Assembly (NCBI RefSeq): GCF_010672385.1
Contig: NZ_JAAHGT010000021.1
Coordinates: 223 to 64,222, forward strand
Reading direction: 5' to 3'
Length of the DNA: 64,000 nucleotides
Source of the DNA: Okeania sp. SIO2F4
Lineage (GTDB): Bacteria; Cyanobacteriota; Cyanobacteriia; Cyanobacteriales; Microcoleaceae
Position 1 is the stretch's first letter. Every line of letters starts with the position of its first letter. The notes under the pieces are model-generated. The model was not told the DNA's origin. It saw only the letters and a program-made list of their open reading frames with translations, and made no database searches. The translations under genes were made by a program, and so were the position numbers. This document shows, in pieces, positions 38,401-46,765 of this stretch.

Positions 38401-41356
38401 TGTCTGTTTCAATTTCGGTTTCACCTTTGACAATATCAGTGGTTAATTGATTGAGGAGGATTGAGTATTGATTCAAGAATTTATCAACCAAATTTTCATC
38501 TAATATGATTTCGGGTTCTGAATCTGGATTATTGACTGTAACGGAGCCTAAGTAGTTTTCTAGCCATTCTATGCCGTTGTATATTTTAAAAATTCTTCCT
38601 TGACGGATGATGACTAATCGAAATTTATTTTTAAATTTATTAGAGAGAGAATGAAGTGCGTTATGAAGAGTGTCTAGATGGTCGAATTCTTCATCTAAAC
38701 TGCCTATCCCCAAGAGGTAGTTATTAATTAATCCTTCATCTATTATTTCTTTATTGTTGATATCTTGTATCAATTCATCTATATTGATACTGTATGCTTC
38801 TTTGAGTAGTTGTTTTTCTCTTTCTGGTAGTTCTAATATTTCGTTATCTTTATAAAAAACTGTGCCAAATAGTTCTTTACCTCTTTGAATATATGCTGTA
38901 GATGAGTCATTTCTGACTATGGTTAAGTCAGTTTTGTAACTATTAATAATTTCGATAAATATTTCAAAATAATCAGTTGTATTAGTTGATTCAAACCACC
39001 ATTTTGCTCTTTCTAGGGCAGATTTTATGTCTTTGGCATTATTGGAAAATTCGGTTCCGTGACTGATTATGAAGGGAGTGTTACTGTAATTATGCAGTTC
39101 AGTGATTTTAACCCAATCACTGTTGTTATTGTCTGAAGAGTAGATTAATACTTGACTATCACCTACGGTTTCTATTACCCAATTTTCTAATAGTAAGGGG
39201 GTAATTTTTTCTGTGAGTGTTAATGTTTTTTCTACTTCTACTGGTTCAGATTCTACGCCTGATTCAATTTTATTACTGCTATTTTTGTTAGGATTAGGAG
39301 GATTTATGGATGGTTTTGTTACACTTTTTCGTTGTTCAAACCAACAGTAAATTAAATCTATGGCTGTCTCAATGTCTTGGTAGTGTATGGTATAGAGTAA
39401 TTCTTGGTTATGTCTAATATAAATGTCTCCAATTGTAGAATTACATAATTCGACATGATTGTTTTGGTGGTTTTTTTCTTTAATAATTACTTGGTTAAAT
39501 AAATGTTCTTCAAGTATCCATGTTGGGGGTAAGTATTGTTCAATTTTCTTGAAGAATGTTAATGTTTCTTGAGTCTTTTTTTTGTGCGTTACTTCTCCAT
39601 ATTTATTGAAGACTTGGCTAAATTTATCTACGTTTTCTCCCCAATAAACTAGACAATGTGACTGTCTTGCTGGTGATTTTGGTTTGTAGTTGCTGTCTAG
39701 GAATTTAATGCGCCCTTTCCAGAAACAGATGGGTTGACTCCACAGTGGCTCAAACCATTTGGTGTCTGTTGATGCTGTTAGTAAGGCGATCGCTTCTGTG
39801 ACGTTACTACTATCAATTTCTGAAATTAGTTTCTCTATCCATTTACCAGGACAGCTATAGGGTGGGTTGAGGAATACTTTCCCGTGCCATACACAACTGA
39901 GTCCGTCTTCTGTTATGGTTTTGTGGTATTTTGCTGGTATGTGTTTTTTGTCGTCGGCACAGGGATCTAAGTCAATTGTTCCGAGGACTTCTTCTATTAA
40001 TTCAACTATTTGTGGTGGTGTGTACCAACAGTCGGATGATTTGGAGGTGGTTTGAGTAGGGTTAGACTCACTAGCATTTTCTATCCTAGTGTCAAAGGTA
40101 GTTGCTATTTTGTCTATTTCTTCTTCGTTAGAATATGGTGATTCTTCTGTTGCTAAACCTTTCAATACTTGGGTAAAGGTGGCAGCATCACCGGAACAGT
40201 AGACTTGATTTTTGCCAGGGGCGATAAACCACCAACTATTGTTTTGATAACCTACTTCTGCTATTTTTTGGTCTTTGATATAGAAGAAACCAAAACTGGT
40301 AATATTGTCACTGGGGTATTGACAGAATTTACCTCCTATTTCAGTTGCAGCATTATGGAGTTCTTGCTTGAGACCACCATTTTCTTTGTTTGATGGATTA
40401 TTTTTAGTATTTTTCCACACTGCATCTATGAATTTTTGAGTGGTGGAATTAGTGTTTTTACTCCATTTTTTGGCGGTTTCTGATTTTTTGAGTCTGATTT
40501 CATAATCATCTTCTTTGACATCATAGAACACTTTAAAATATCTGTGTTCGTTATCTAGAATTACTTCGCCACTGGATGAGTCGTACCAGGTTATAGTAGG
40601 GTTGTTGTTATTACCTGCACTGGAAATCTTACTTATGTTTAAGGTAGAGGGAGCAGTATCGGAAATTTCAACCATGTCTGAGGTAGGGGGTGTCGGTACG
40701 TCTCCAGATTTTTCTATATGTGTAGAGTCGGTTTCGGCGTTGTTGTCGGAAGTAGTGTCGTTGTTGTTTTCTTCTTGTAAGGTTAGAATTATTATTCCAA
40801 GGTCTCCATCTGTTTCCTGTAAACTCCATTGATATAATTTTTCTTTTAATTCAATTGTTCCTGTAAAGTTGTTAGTTAATTGTGTGATTCTGGTGACTTC
40901 TGTCTCTGTTAGTGCCATTTCCCAAGTGGAGTCTGTTTCGTTGTATTTCCAACCTTTTGGGAAGGTTGAGGTTAGTTCAGTGATGATTTCTTTGATTGTT
41001 ATTGTGGGAGTTGGGTTGTTTTCGGGTTGTGGTTTTTCTATGGTTTGGTGGTTGTGTTTTTTTTGTCCGTCAGTAATTTCAATTACTCTTGATTTTGATG
41101 GTGGGGGTAATGCTAGTCCTAGTTGAGAGGCTATCGCCTTTTTGTACTCTGGATACTCAGCAAGTATTGGTAGTAGGGTATCTAATGCTCTGGAGATTTT
41201 GGTTGGTATTGACTGTAGTTCTTTTAGTTGAGATTTCTTTTGTTCTAACAGAGTTGTGAGAATGCTGATGCTGTCTTTTTTCTCTTTCTCTAACTGGCTT
41301 GTGAGAATGCTGATGAGGTCTTTTTCTTGTTGTTTGATAGCAGATGTGTTCATCAT
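35465..41356 (-). CDS. 1963-aa polyvalent-type protein: Dam-like N6-adenine methyltransferase, ASCH domain and at least five copies of an unrecognised ~55-aa module
   Basis: 'CWYTPPQIVELIEEVLGTIDLDPCAD...WHGKVFLNPPYS...GRIKFLD' is the phage Dam-type MTase pattern (NPPY at nt 39857-39868). 'ELLSGNKTVTRRFWKDNYAQRF...GYIRLTHKPYQEKLVDMPSSELAAEGF' is ASCH-like (nt ~36960-37300). The repeated module ends '...(Y/F)(G/S/E)(I/L)D(I/V)..L(I/C).D(I/L/V)'. Confidence 0.7.
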   Translation of the reverse strand: MMNTSAIKQQEKDLISILTSQLEKEKKDSISILTTLLEQKKSQLKELQSIPTKISRALDTLLPILAEYPEYKKAIASQLGLALPPPSKSRVIEITDGQKKHNHQTIEKPQPENNPTPTITIKEIITELTSTFPKGWKYNETDSTWEMALTETEVTRITQLTNNFTGTIELKEKLYQWSLQETDGDLGIIILTLQEENNNDTTSDNNAETDSTHIEKSGDVPTPPTSDMVEISDTAPSTLNISKISSAGNNNNPTITWYDSSSGEVILDNEHRYFKVFYDVKEDDYEIRLKKSETAKKWSKNTNSTTQKFIDAVWKNTKNNPSNKENGGLKQELHNAATEIGGKFCQYPSDNITSFGFFYIKDQKIAEVGYQNNSWWFIAPGKNQVYCSGDAATFTQVLKGLATEESPYSNEEEIDKIATTFDTRIENASESNPTQTTSKSSDCWYTPPQIVELIEEVLGTIDLDPCADDKKHIPAKYHKTITEDGLSCVWHGKVFLNPPYSCPGKWIEKLISEIDSSNVTEAIALLTASTDTKWFEPLWSQPICFWKGRIKFLDSNYKPKSPARQSHCLVYWGENVDKFSQVFNKYGEVTHKKKTQETLTFFKKIEQYLPPTWILEEHLFNQVIIKEKNHQNNHVELCNSTIGDIYIRHNQELLYTIHYQDIETAIDLIYCWFEQRKSVTKPSINPPNPNKNSSNKIESGVESEPVEVEKTLTLTEKITPLLLENWVIETVGDSQVLIYSSDNNNSDWVKITELHNYSNTPFIISHGTEFSNNAKDIKSALERAKWWFESTNTTDYFEIFIEIINSYKTDLTIVRNDSSTAYIQRGKELFGTVFYKDNEILELPEREKQLLKEAYSINIDELIQDINNKEIIDEGLINNYLLGIGSLDEEFDHLDTLHNALHSLSNKFKNKFRLVIIRQGRIFKIYNGIEWLENYLGSVTVNNPDSEPEIILDENLVDKFLNQYSILLNQLTTDIVKGETEIETDNYIITNQTIKELLTKENWDNWNEEDFKTANNLLNELVDFSPAWNQLLETLRQQRKELIEQTIENDEDNPDNNGGSKTPPSTPNNPNNNSGIEAELNTKHLDTLETAINSYKTDLQLDKNCSQIAFYQGHFQLGFVTINQGKLSAESKLVSHLITSYGIDIKGLIKSIHYNSKHPSCDVDPFAYIGSNNNALKPRGCVVAPIWEKGRERRGILQSVSGEIATIQWLDSGVLGDNGIEHININLLRYVSAQPLTKLGSSQVSAISSDNLDSDEPTAESMTSLDFSSLIVAASTQRLSTVANTQLNTEELADTERIIDTVNNANDTTDNQTESNGDEPTVESRTVLKVDQIPSQEQETGTTLSINEQNLTINGKAISFGKTLTELLSGNKTVTRRFWKDNYAQRFIDDWNARPGKFLYPALTKGYHVGGKRVGYIRLTHKPYQEKLVDMPSSELAAEGFPELSKQQFIGKFFEGDNQQIVWVIRFEFIPDKEYQKSSLSQHKKTQTSLEEQLINKVKKQLSMIDKFQFERSLGIPKITLHISLKDEILGRIFTDPHKGLVSDISLEKLLMERYELDIKALILDVVNGKQLQIENYRKQPENNTTTKGDTEIIENIASYFFDEYDDQTWLNLIKTEIELLEDFKASHDEVDLTVTHYGTNVGSIHHNQDDELEIEQKLIGELAKYDCDLEAFLVAENIPYQLYHPKPVVTNTQTSEHTKKSIPGKSNGKLPDSNQLNNDADTKSTEHSPVDLLDKLAAVFNAFDNIRTKRSGTTLWFYRGDKNLYPCLMQTRDGKTFTLFPTVKLKSNMKELFGIDVDQLCSDLEAGQGVDINDYVDHSVWEQTIKDSHKNNDTITWQDILNNAAINDTTDSQTSDEFKASTTTEESNTDSYEHSEGLHWVKDSSIYNRSETYIVWNGTQKCGKIHICNKSKNKAGFGKWYVSTNVFGPYYDTIEKAATACWEDFISQHAEQTETEEELIPF

Positions 41357-41465
41357 GTCTTTTCTTCCTTGAAGTGTTGTTGAAAAAAAATCAAAATGCT
41401 TGAAGCAATAATCAATTTCCCTGAAGGAGTTCAGTTTTTTCTGAGTTACTGAACTCCAGCAGGTG

Positions 41466-42176
41466 TTATTGAACTAGGTGGAAAGATTTAGCGACTTGAA
41501 AGTTGTGAACGTGCAGCACTACTTTTAAGGCGTTCTCTATGTCTGCAAAGTAATCTACAGGTTGAAACGGGCGACGCAGGGCAAATTTTCCGATGTTACC
41601 GTGTCGCCAGATTTCTGCTACTTTTTCTCCGTTTTGCGATAGCTCTATTCGGAAATCATTAAGGTTAACTTCACTTATTTTTAGGCTAGTGCTAGCGATC
41701 GCCGTATTAACTATCTCAAATAATTTCCGGTTGTTGGCAACTGTTCTGTCTTCAGCAGGTAACGAGCGCTCATAGACAGTCTTTGCTGCTAAGATATGCT
41801 TGCAGAGCATCCGGCTATTGTCGTAATAATTGTGATATTTGTGGTCGGGACAGGTGCAGGTCCATTCTCCATATTCTAGAGTTACCACATAGTCTGTATT
41901 TTTTTTGGGATTACTGACTATGGCTTTGAAGTCGTAGTTGGTGTTGACTGGCCTGACTTTTAATCCTTTGCTTCGCTCTAGTCTTTCTATTTGAGCGATC
42001 GCTTGGTTGAATACTTGCTCTAGGTAGTGGGCTACTTGGCAGTAGAGTTGGACTTCTTGATGCCAGCCGGGGATTTCTGAGCATTTGATGTGGACGATGC
42101 CGAGAACATTTTCGTAAAATGTCTCTCGTGCCGACTTGACATCATGGCCAAGTCGGTCTATTATTGTTGTTAGCAT
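41466..42176 (-). CDS. SWIM zinc-finger protein
   Basis: 'EWTCTCPDHKYHNYYDNSRMLCKHILAA' matches the CxCx(n)CxH SWIM signature. Confidence 0.65.
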   Translation of the reverse strand: MLTTIIDRLGHDVKSARETFYENVLGIVHIKCSEIPGWHQEVQLYCQVAHYLEQVFNQAIAQIERLERSKGLKVRPVNTNYDFKAIVSNPKKNTDYVVTLEYGEWTCTCPDHKYHNYYDNSRMLCKHILAAKTVYERSLPAEDRTVANNRKLFEIVNTAIASTSLKISEVNLNDFRIELSQNGEKVAEIWRHGNIGKFALRRPFQPVDYFADIENALKVVLHVHNFQVAKSFHLVQ

Positions 42177-42445
42177 GAGAAAAAATCCTTCGTTTTTTCT
42201 TGTGTTGACGATATCTGAAGGACATCACAAGCTTTCTCAGGGCCTCGGTGGTGTCCAATCATTTGAGTTCGTAGGAGTAAAATTAACCTCTACAAACACA
42301 ATAATACTCATGTTAACATGGTATTGCAAGCAATGAACTATTTTAATTATTCTTATCTTTTGGCTAAAAGTATAAGATTTTTTTATGAAATGTTAACATG
42401 GTTGCTAAGTTAGTATGAATATTTATAAGGGTTAGATAAGTAGAG

Positions 42446-42688
42446 ATGGCAAAGATTAATAAAAGCAAGAAATCAGTCCCTTACGAAACTGTAATGTGCA
42501 AAGCAGAGAGGGAGGGAGGTAAGTTTGTTAGCCCTTACAAGGAACCTAGAGGGCCAGCAATAGCTGTTAGGCTTCCCATATCACTCTATGAATGGGTAGA
42601 ATCAGAGGTAGCTAGGCGTGGGTGCAGTAAGAGTGAGGTAATTTTGGAGGCACTGAAGTCTTTTCAAGTTCAAAACTTATCAGCTTAA
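42446..42688 (+). CDS. Small ribbon-helix-helix (CopG/Arc-like) protein
   Basis: 'AIAVRLPISLYEWVESEVARRGCSKSEVILEALKSF' has a beta-strand/helix/helix layout. Confidence 0.5.
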   Translation: MAKINKSKKSVPYETVMCKAEREGGKFVSPYKEPRGPAIAVRLPISLYEWVESEVARRGCSKSEVILEALKSFQVQNLSA

Positions 42689-43513
42689 GAAGTTCTGTAG
42701 GCTGTTATATTTTTTTTGATGTCAGGCTGAAAAACTACCACATATAAACGTAAAAGTATGAGAGCTGATACTAATGCTTAAAATGGTGGAGTATTTATAT
42801 GAATTGATATTCTGGCCTCAAAAGTTATTGATTGTTTATTCCTTACTCTTCTGCTTTTGAAAGTTAATCATTGTTCAATGTTCTCCTCAATAAGGATAAA
42901 GATTTGCATTTCTTTTCACAAATGCACTTGCTGTAAACCAACTACCCACTAAGTCAAAAATTAAAAATGGGAGTCTTCAGCAATGTTTTTTTTCTAGAGA
43001 AAAAAACACTCCCACAATATCAAGTTGAAATTGAGTTAAAGCACTCTTGAACCTGCTTTTAACTTCAGTGTCAACCCAACTAGATTATTTTTTAAAACTG
43101 TCAAGAAAATACTTTGTTCTACTCTCGTTTACTCCTGCATTTAGCTCTATATCTATGATAGGTAGTTAACAAAAGAGAATTAATGGCATTGAGGCTACGT
43201 ATTAAATTTGAAAGTTAACTAGCTATCAGCTTTTTGCAGTTCTGGTTCAAATCCCTGTACAAAGCTTGAAACAATGAGCAAAAACGATTGTTGATTGCTG
43301 ACCGCTTCTTTAAACAAGAATTATTTGATATTAAGCATAGTAAACAATGTTAATCAATTATTTTTTGAGTGTCAACCTCAATCAAAAAATCAACTTTTTT
43401 TGCTCTATTTCGCATTTACCAGAATTGCCGGAATTTCAGGTTTTTACATCCTCCCTCTGGGGAAATTTGCTGAAAATTTTGTCTTGCCGATCAATATGAG
43501 CATCAAATTGTTA

Positions 43514-43583
43514 TCTATACAAATTGACTGAAAATAACTAACTTCAACTAAGTATTTGTCTATACAAATTAACCGAAAATAAC
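43514..43583. repeat. Two 25-nt direct repeats 45 bp apart, inside a ~1-kb ORF-poor AT-rich region
   Basis: tctatacaaattgactgaaaataac (43514-43538) and tctatacaaattaaccgaaaataac (43559-43583). Confidence 0.6.
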
Positions 43584-43693
43584 CAATAATCCTCTCTCAT
43601 TAGTATTACTTTTTCAAAAAGTATTTAAGTTAAGCAATTTGTTTTTCTGGTTCTTAGTCCTCGATTAGGTGATAGAACATCCGTTCCGCTTCG

Positions 43694-44119
43694 CTACGCA
43701 CAAGAAACGTGGACTATAGCCGACCATTTTTTGTCTAACTCCCAAGCTAAACGTTGGGCTGAAGGTGACGGGTTCCTTTTGCCACAAGCCCAATTATTCA
43801 CACTCACCAACGAAACTCCTAGAGCTTCAGCTAATGCTTCTCTAGAGAAGCCTGGGTATTTTTTTAGGAGTTGAATGGGATTAATTTTTTCTGTGGAGAA
43901 AGAAAAAAAGAAATATCGGTTAGGCCATACGTTGATTTGCTGTTGCAATTCCCAGGCCAGTCTGCGGATAGTCCGACATGGGTTTCGTCGCCCGCACATC
44001 CAGTCAGAGAGAGCGCTTCTCCCCACTCCTAAAGCTTTTGCTAGCTTGGCTTGGGTTAACCATTGGTATTGCATCAGGAGGGATACTGGATTTGTCTCCT
44101 CGAAATGTGTTATATTCAT
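43694..44119 (-). CDS. Tandem double-HTH (XRE-like) DNA-binding protein
   Basis: Two internal repeats: 'LTQAKLAKALGVGRSALSDWMCGRRNPCRTIRRLAWEL' and 'FSREALAEALGVSLVSVNNWACGKRNPSPSAQRLAWEL'. Confidence 0.65.
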   Translation of the reverse strand: MNITHFEETNPVSLLMQYQWLTQAKLAKALGVGRSALSDWMCGRRNPCRTIRRLAWELQQQINVWPNRYFFFSFSTEKINPIQLLKKYPGFSREALAEALGVSLVSVNNWACGKRNPSPSAQRLAWELDKKWSAIVHVSCA

Positions 44120-44211
44120 AGTCTGAAAATTTAAAAAATTTGTATGCTATTGGGAAGTTGTTACCTTCCTAGTAGCTTTATTTTTTTTAAGGCAGAGCTA
44201 CACGCTCTTGT

Positions 44212-44517
44212 TCACTCTTCGTGTTCTGGGTTATTGTCTACAGCATCAATAGTATCTATAACATCTATTTTTGGCAAGAGATTGTTATATTTGTTTACGA
44301 ATAAAGCTAGTTCATTTGCCATATCAGCATAATCTAATAGCTTCAAAACATAGGTGCTATCAGTATCAAAATTTTTGCCCCACCCTTTAATAGAGTTAGG
44401 GGAAAGTCCAGTAGCACGGCTGATTTCTGCGATAGCTTTTTGTCTGTATCCCCAGTCTTCTGGCTTCAAGCCGTACAGTGTGAGCATCCATTTGTTAAGG
44501 TATGCGGTAACTTTCAT
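44212..44517 (-). CDS. Small HTH-like protein, paralog of 45099-45398
   Basis: 'YRQKAIAEISRATGLSPNSIKGWGKNFDTDSTYVLKLLDYADMANE' aligns with 'YKARCIEELAKVTGFTEQSIKNWGADFKGHPDYVKVILKQANIINE'. Confidence 0.55.
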   Translation of the reverse strand: MKVTAYLNKWMLTLYGLKPEDWGYRQKAIAEISRATGLSPNSIKGWGKNFDTDSTYVLKLLDYADMANELALFVNKYNNLLPKIDVIDTIDAVDNNPEHEE

Positions 44518-44743
44518 CTAAGTATCTAATCACTACCAATATATAATGGCCTTGAATTGTCGTTACCTCTGCATAACAATACAATTTCACACTGAGAAAA
44601 ATAGTAGGTGATAAATACAATTATCGTCTGATGCAACGAGAGTGCATTTTGCTTGGAATTGGCCGATGTAGCTGCCGCTAGGCTCCGCCAACACTACAAA
44701 ACTCGACTTGATAAAATTAGCTTTCAAAAACTACTTTTACAAG

Positions 44744-44971
44744 TTATTTTGCAGCTTTGAGGTTCTCTAATTCTGCAACCAAATTTTTCAGAATATCTAA
44801 ATGTTGCATTTGAAACTCAATCGCAAAACCCTTTCCATCTCGGCTGTACCCCGGACATTTTAAGGCCACAGCCTCGCTATGAGTTGCATTTGATATGTAT
44901 AACAAGTCGTTAGACGACAGGCTGTAGGAAGTATCTGTCCAGGTTTTGTGTTTTGACTCTGTTTCATTCAT
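44744..44971 (-). CDS. Hypothetical 75-aa protein bracketed by ~30-bp inverted repeats
   Basis: ORF only. It is flanked by 44665-44694 and 44995-45025, which are imperfect reverse complements of each other. Confidence 0.4.
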   Translation of the reverse strand: MNETESKHKTWTDTSYSLSSNDLLYISNATHSEAVALKCPGYSRDGKGFAIEFQMQHLDILKNLVAELENLKAAK

Positions 44972-45098
44972 AGGGTTGATTTTTTGATTCTCTGGCGTTG
45001 GCGGAGCAAGTGCGGTAGCTGTATCGCTATCTTAAAGTTGCCCCTCTAAGAAACTCTACTTTATCTAGCTTAGATAGTAACTAAATGTTACTATTAAG

Positions 45099-45398
45099 TC
45101 AAGTATCATCACCAAAGTGTTTTTTGAATAACTGACGAAATTCATTGATGATGTTGGCCTGTTTAAGTATGACCTTCACATAATCTGGATGCCCTTTAAA
45201 ATCAGCTCCCCAGTTTTTTATAGATTGTTCGGTAAAACCTGTGACTTTTGCTAGCTCTTCGATACAACGAGCTTTGTAGCCTCGTTGTTCAGGTAAGGTT
45301 TTGTAAAGTACAGGGACCCATATTCGACAATAATCTTCAGGACTCATGCCAGTTTTGATATATGAATTAATTTCTAAATGGCATTTTGTTGAAGGCAT
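45099..45398 (-). CDS. Small HTH-like protein, paralog of 44212-44517
   Basis: See 44212-44517. The length (99 vs 101 aa) and motif order are the same. Confidence 0.55.
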   Translation of the reverse strand: MPSTKCHLEINSYIKTGMSPEDYCRIWVPVLYKTLPEQRGYKARCIEELAKVTGFTEQSIKNWGADFKGHPDYVKVILKQANIINEFRQLFKKHFGDDT

Positions 45399-45657
45399 TG
45401 TCTAGAGGTTGTTTTACCAGGACTTTCTATATATGGTAACTTTTAGTTACTATTGAGATGCTTTAAGAGTGGCATTATCAAAATGCACGAATCTCGATTT
45501 TTTTGTAATTGACAAGATACAGTTGTTAAGCTGTGGCCTTGGTAGGTCTCGGTTGTTTTTGATTTGTTGTAAGTTTGTTGAGGTACTAGATACGGTGCTT
45601 GAGCGCTCTGGCTTTCTCCTACGTTCCCTCTTTTGCTTATAGGTTCATTATATCACA

Positions 45658-45778
45658 AAGTAGCTCAAGTAGTTCAAGTAGCTCAAAAATGTTAGTAGTG
45701 CTAGTAATTCAAGTGACATAAATATTGTAGGTATGCAAGTATGGCAATATAAGCAATATATATAAGTAGTTCAAAATG
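45658..45778 (+). promoter_or_regulatory. Candidate operator repeats AAGTAG(C/T)TCA upstream of the RHH gene
   Basis: Three contiguous copies at 45658-45690 (aagtagctcaagtagttcaagtagctcaa). A fourth (aagtagttcaa) abuts the ATG at 45776. Confidence 0.3.
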
Positions 45779-46018
45779 CCTATAGGGCCTAACTCAACCT
45801 CTATCAGGATTTTTTTATCAGAAGAGGACGTCAAATTTAGAAAAAAATTCAAGCAGCTTGTAGCTGAAGCAGATACCTCCATGTCGAAACGCATGGCTAT
45901 TCTGATAAAGAAAGATATTGCTTACTGGGAAGCAACGGGAAAAATACTAGACTGGGACAAATTAGATGTAGAAGCATTGGAAAAATTTTTCCAGACAGAG
46001 CAGACAGAGACAAAATAG
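45776..46018 (+). CDS. Small ribbon-helix-helix-like regulator
   Basis: 'IRIFLSEEDVKFRKKFKQLVAEADTSMSKRMAILIKKDI' has a beta-strand followed by two helices. Confidence 0.45.
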   Translation: MPIGPNSTSIRIFLSEEDVKFRKKFKQLVAEADTSMSKRMAILIKKDIAYWEATGKILDWDKLDVEALEKFFQTEQTETK

Positions 46019-46110
46019 ATGTTAGAAAATATTTCAAGCGATTACCTCATAGTTAAACTTGAAGACTGTGATGAATTAGAGAATGTAGATAAAAAGAAAT
46101 ATTAAGCAGG

Positions 46111-46500
46111 ATGGCCAATGATGACAGAAAAGTTAAGACCTCCATTGTGTTGTCTCAATGGGCAAAACAGATGATAAAACGGGTTGCAGCTAATGAGGAT
46201 GTAGCCATGAGCGATTGGATTGAACAAGCTTGCAGAGAGAAATTGATGGATTTAGGTATTTTGCCAGTTCACGATTACAAAGATTTAGCTGATTTGGTAG
46301 ACACACACTACAATTTGCTCAGAGAGCAAACTCAAATACCTACAAAAAATCTTGACAACATTCGTCGAGGTGGGAGTTGCTCTGAAATTGACTTGTTAAG
46401 AGTGGCAATGTGTTTAGATATCAGTGAAACTGATATCCGGAATTTAGCTACAAAATCAACTACTAACTTAACTCAAGAGTATTGTAGCGATGGAGTTTAA
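46111..46500 (+). CDS. Small DNA-binding-like protein (RHH-like N-terminus, HTH-like C-terminus)
   Basis: 'KTSIVLSQWAKQMIKRVAANEDVAMSDWIEQACREKL', then 'IDLLRVAMCLDISETDIRNL'. Confidence 0.4.
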   Translation: MANDDRKVKTSIVLSQWAKQMIKRVAANEDVAMSDWIEQACREKLMDLGILPVHDYKDLADLVDTHYNLLREQTQIPTKNLDNIRRGGSCSEIDLLRVAMCLDISETDIRNLATKSTTNLTQEYCSDGV

Positions 46501-46765
46501 TGGCAAGAAAGTAGTTTTACCTGGGATGACGAGTTGCTTTGAATCCTCAAACTTGGGCTAAATTGGAAGCTTATTTTGTTTTGAGAGATTTGAGGTTAAC
46601 GGCAAATGGTAATGTTTCAACCGGAATCTGTTTGCTGAACCAATAGCTACTCCTAGTGATGTGAGGTTGCCTGTGGCATAGGTTGAATTTTGTCAAGGAA
46701 GCGATCGCCTTAATCAAAAATCGCGATCGCTCAAACTAAGGTAAATATTATTTCAAAAAAAATCA

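Noticed and set aside
28923-41126. Numerous 60-142-aa track ORFs inside or antisense to the Prim-Pol, helicase and 1963-aa genes (for example 30582-31010, 31884-32276, 32577-32837 and 40869-41126)
   Set aside because: They are shadow ORFs within long genes supported by ordered catalytic motifs.
43236-43262. tRNA-like T-loop 'ctggttcaaatccctg' as a possible tRNA or tRNA-fragment attachment site
   Set aside because: The flanking bases give only two Watson-Crick pairs plus one G-U in the would-be 5-bp T stem. No acceptor, D or anticodon arms can be drawn upstream.
43295-44332. Track ORFs 43295-43531(+), 43875-44126(+) and 44144-44332(+)
   Set aside because: The first lies in the repeat-containing AT-rich spacer and has no RBS. 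The other two are antisense to the double-HTH and HTH-paralog genes.
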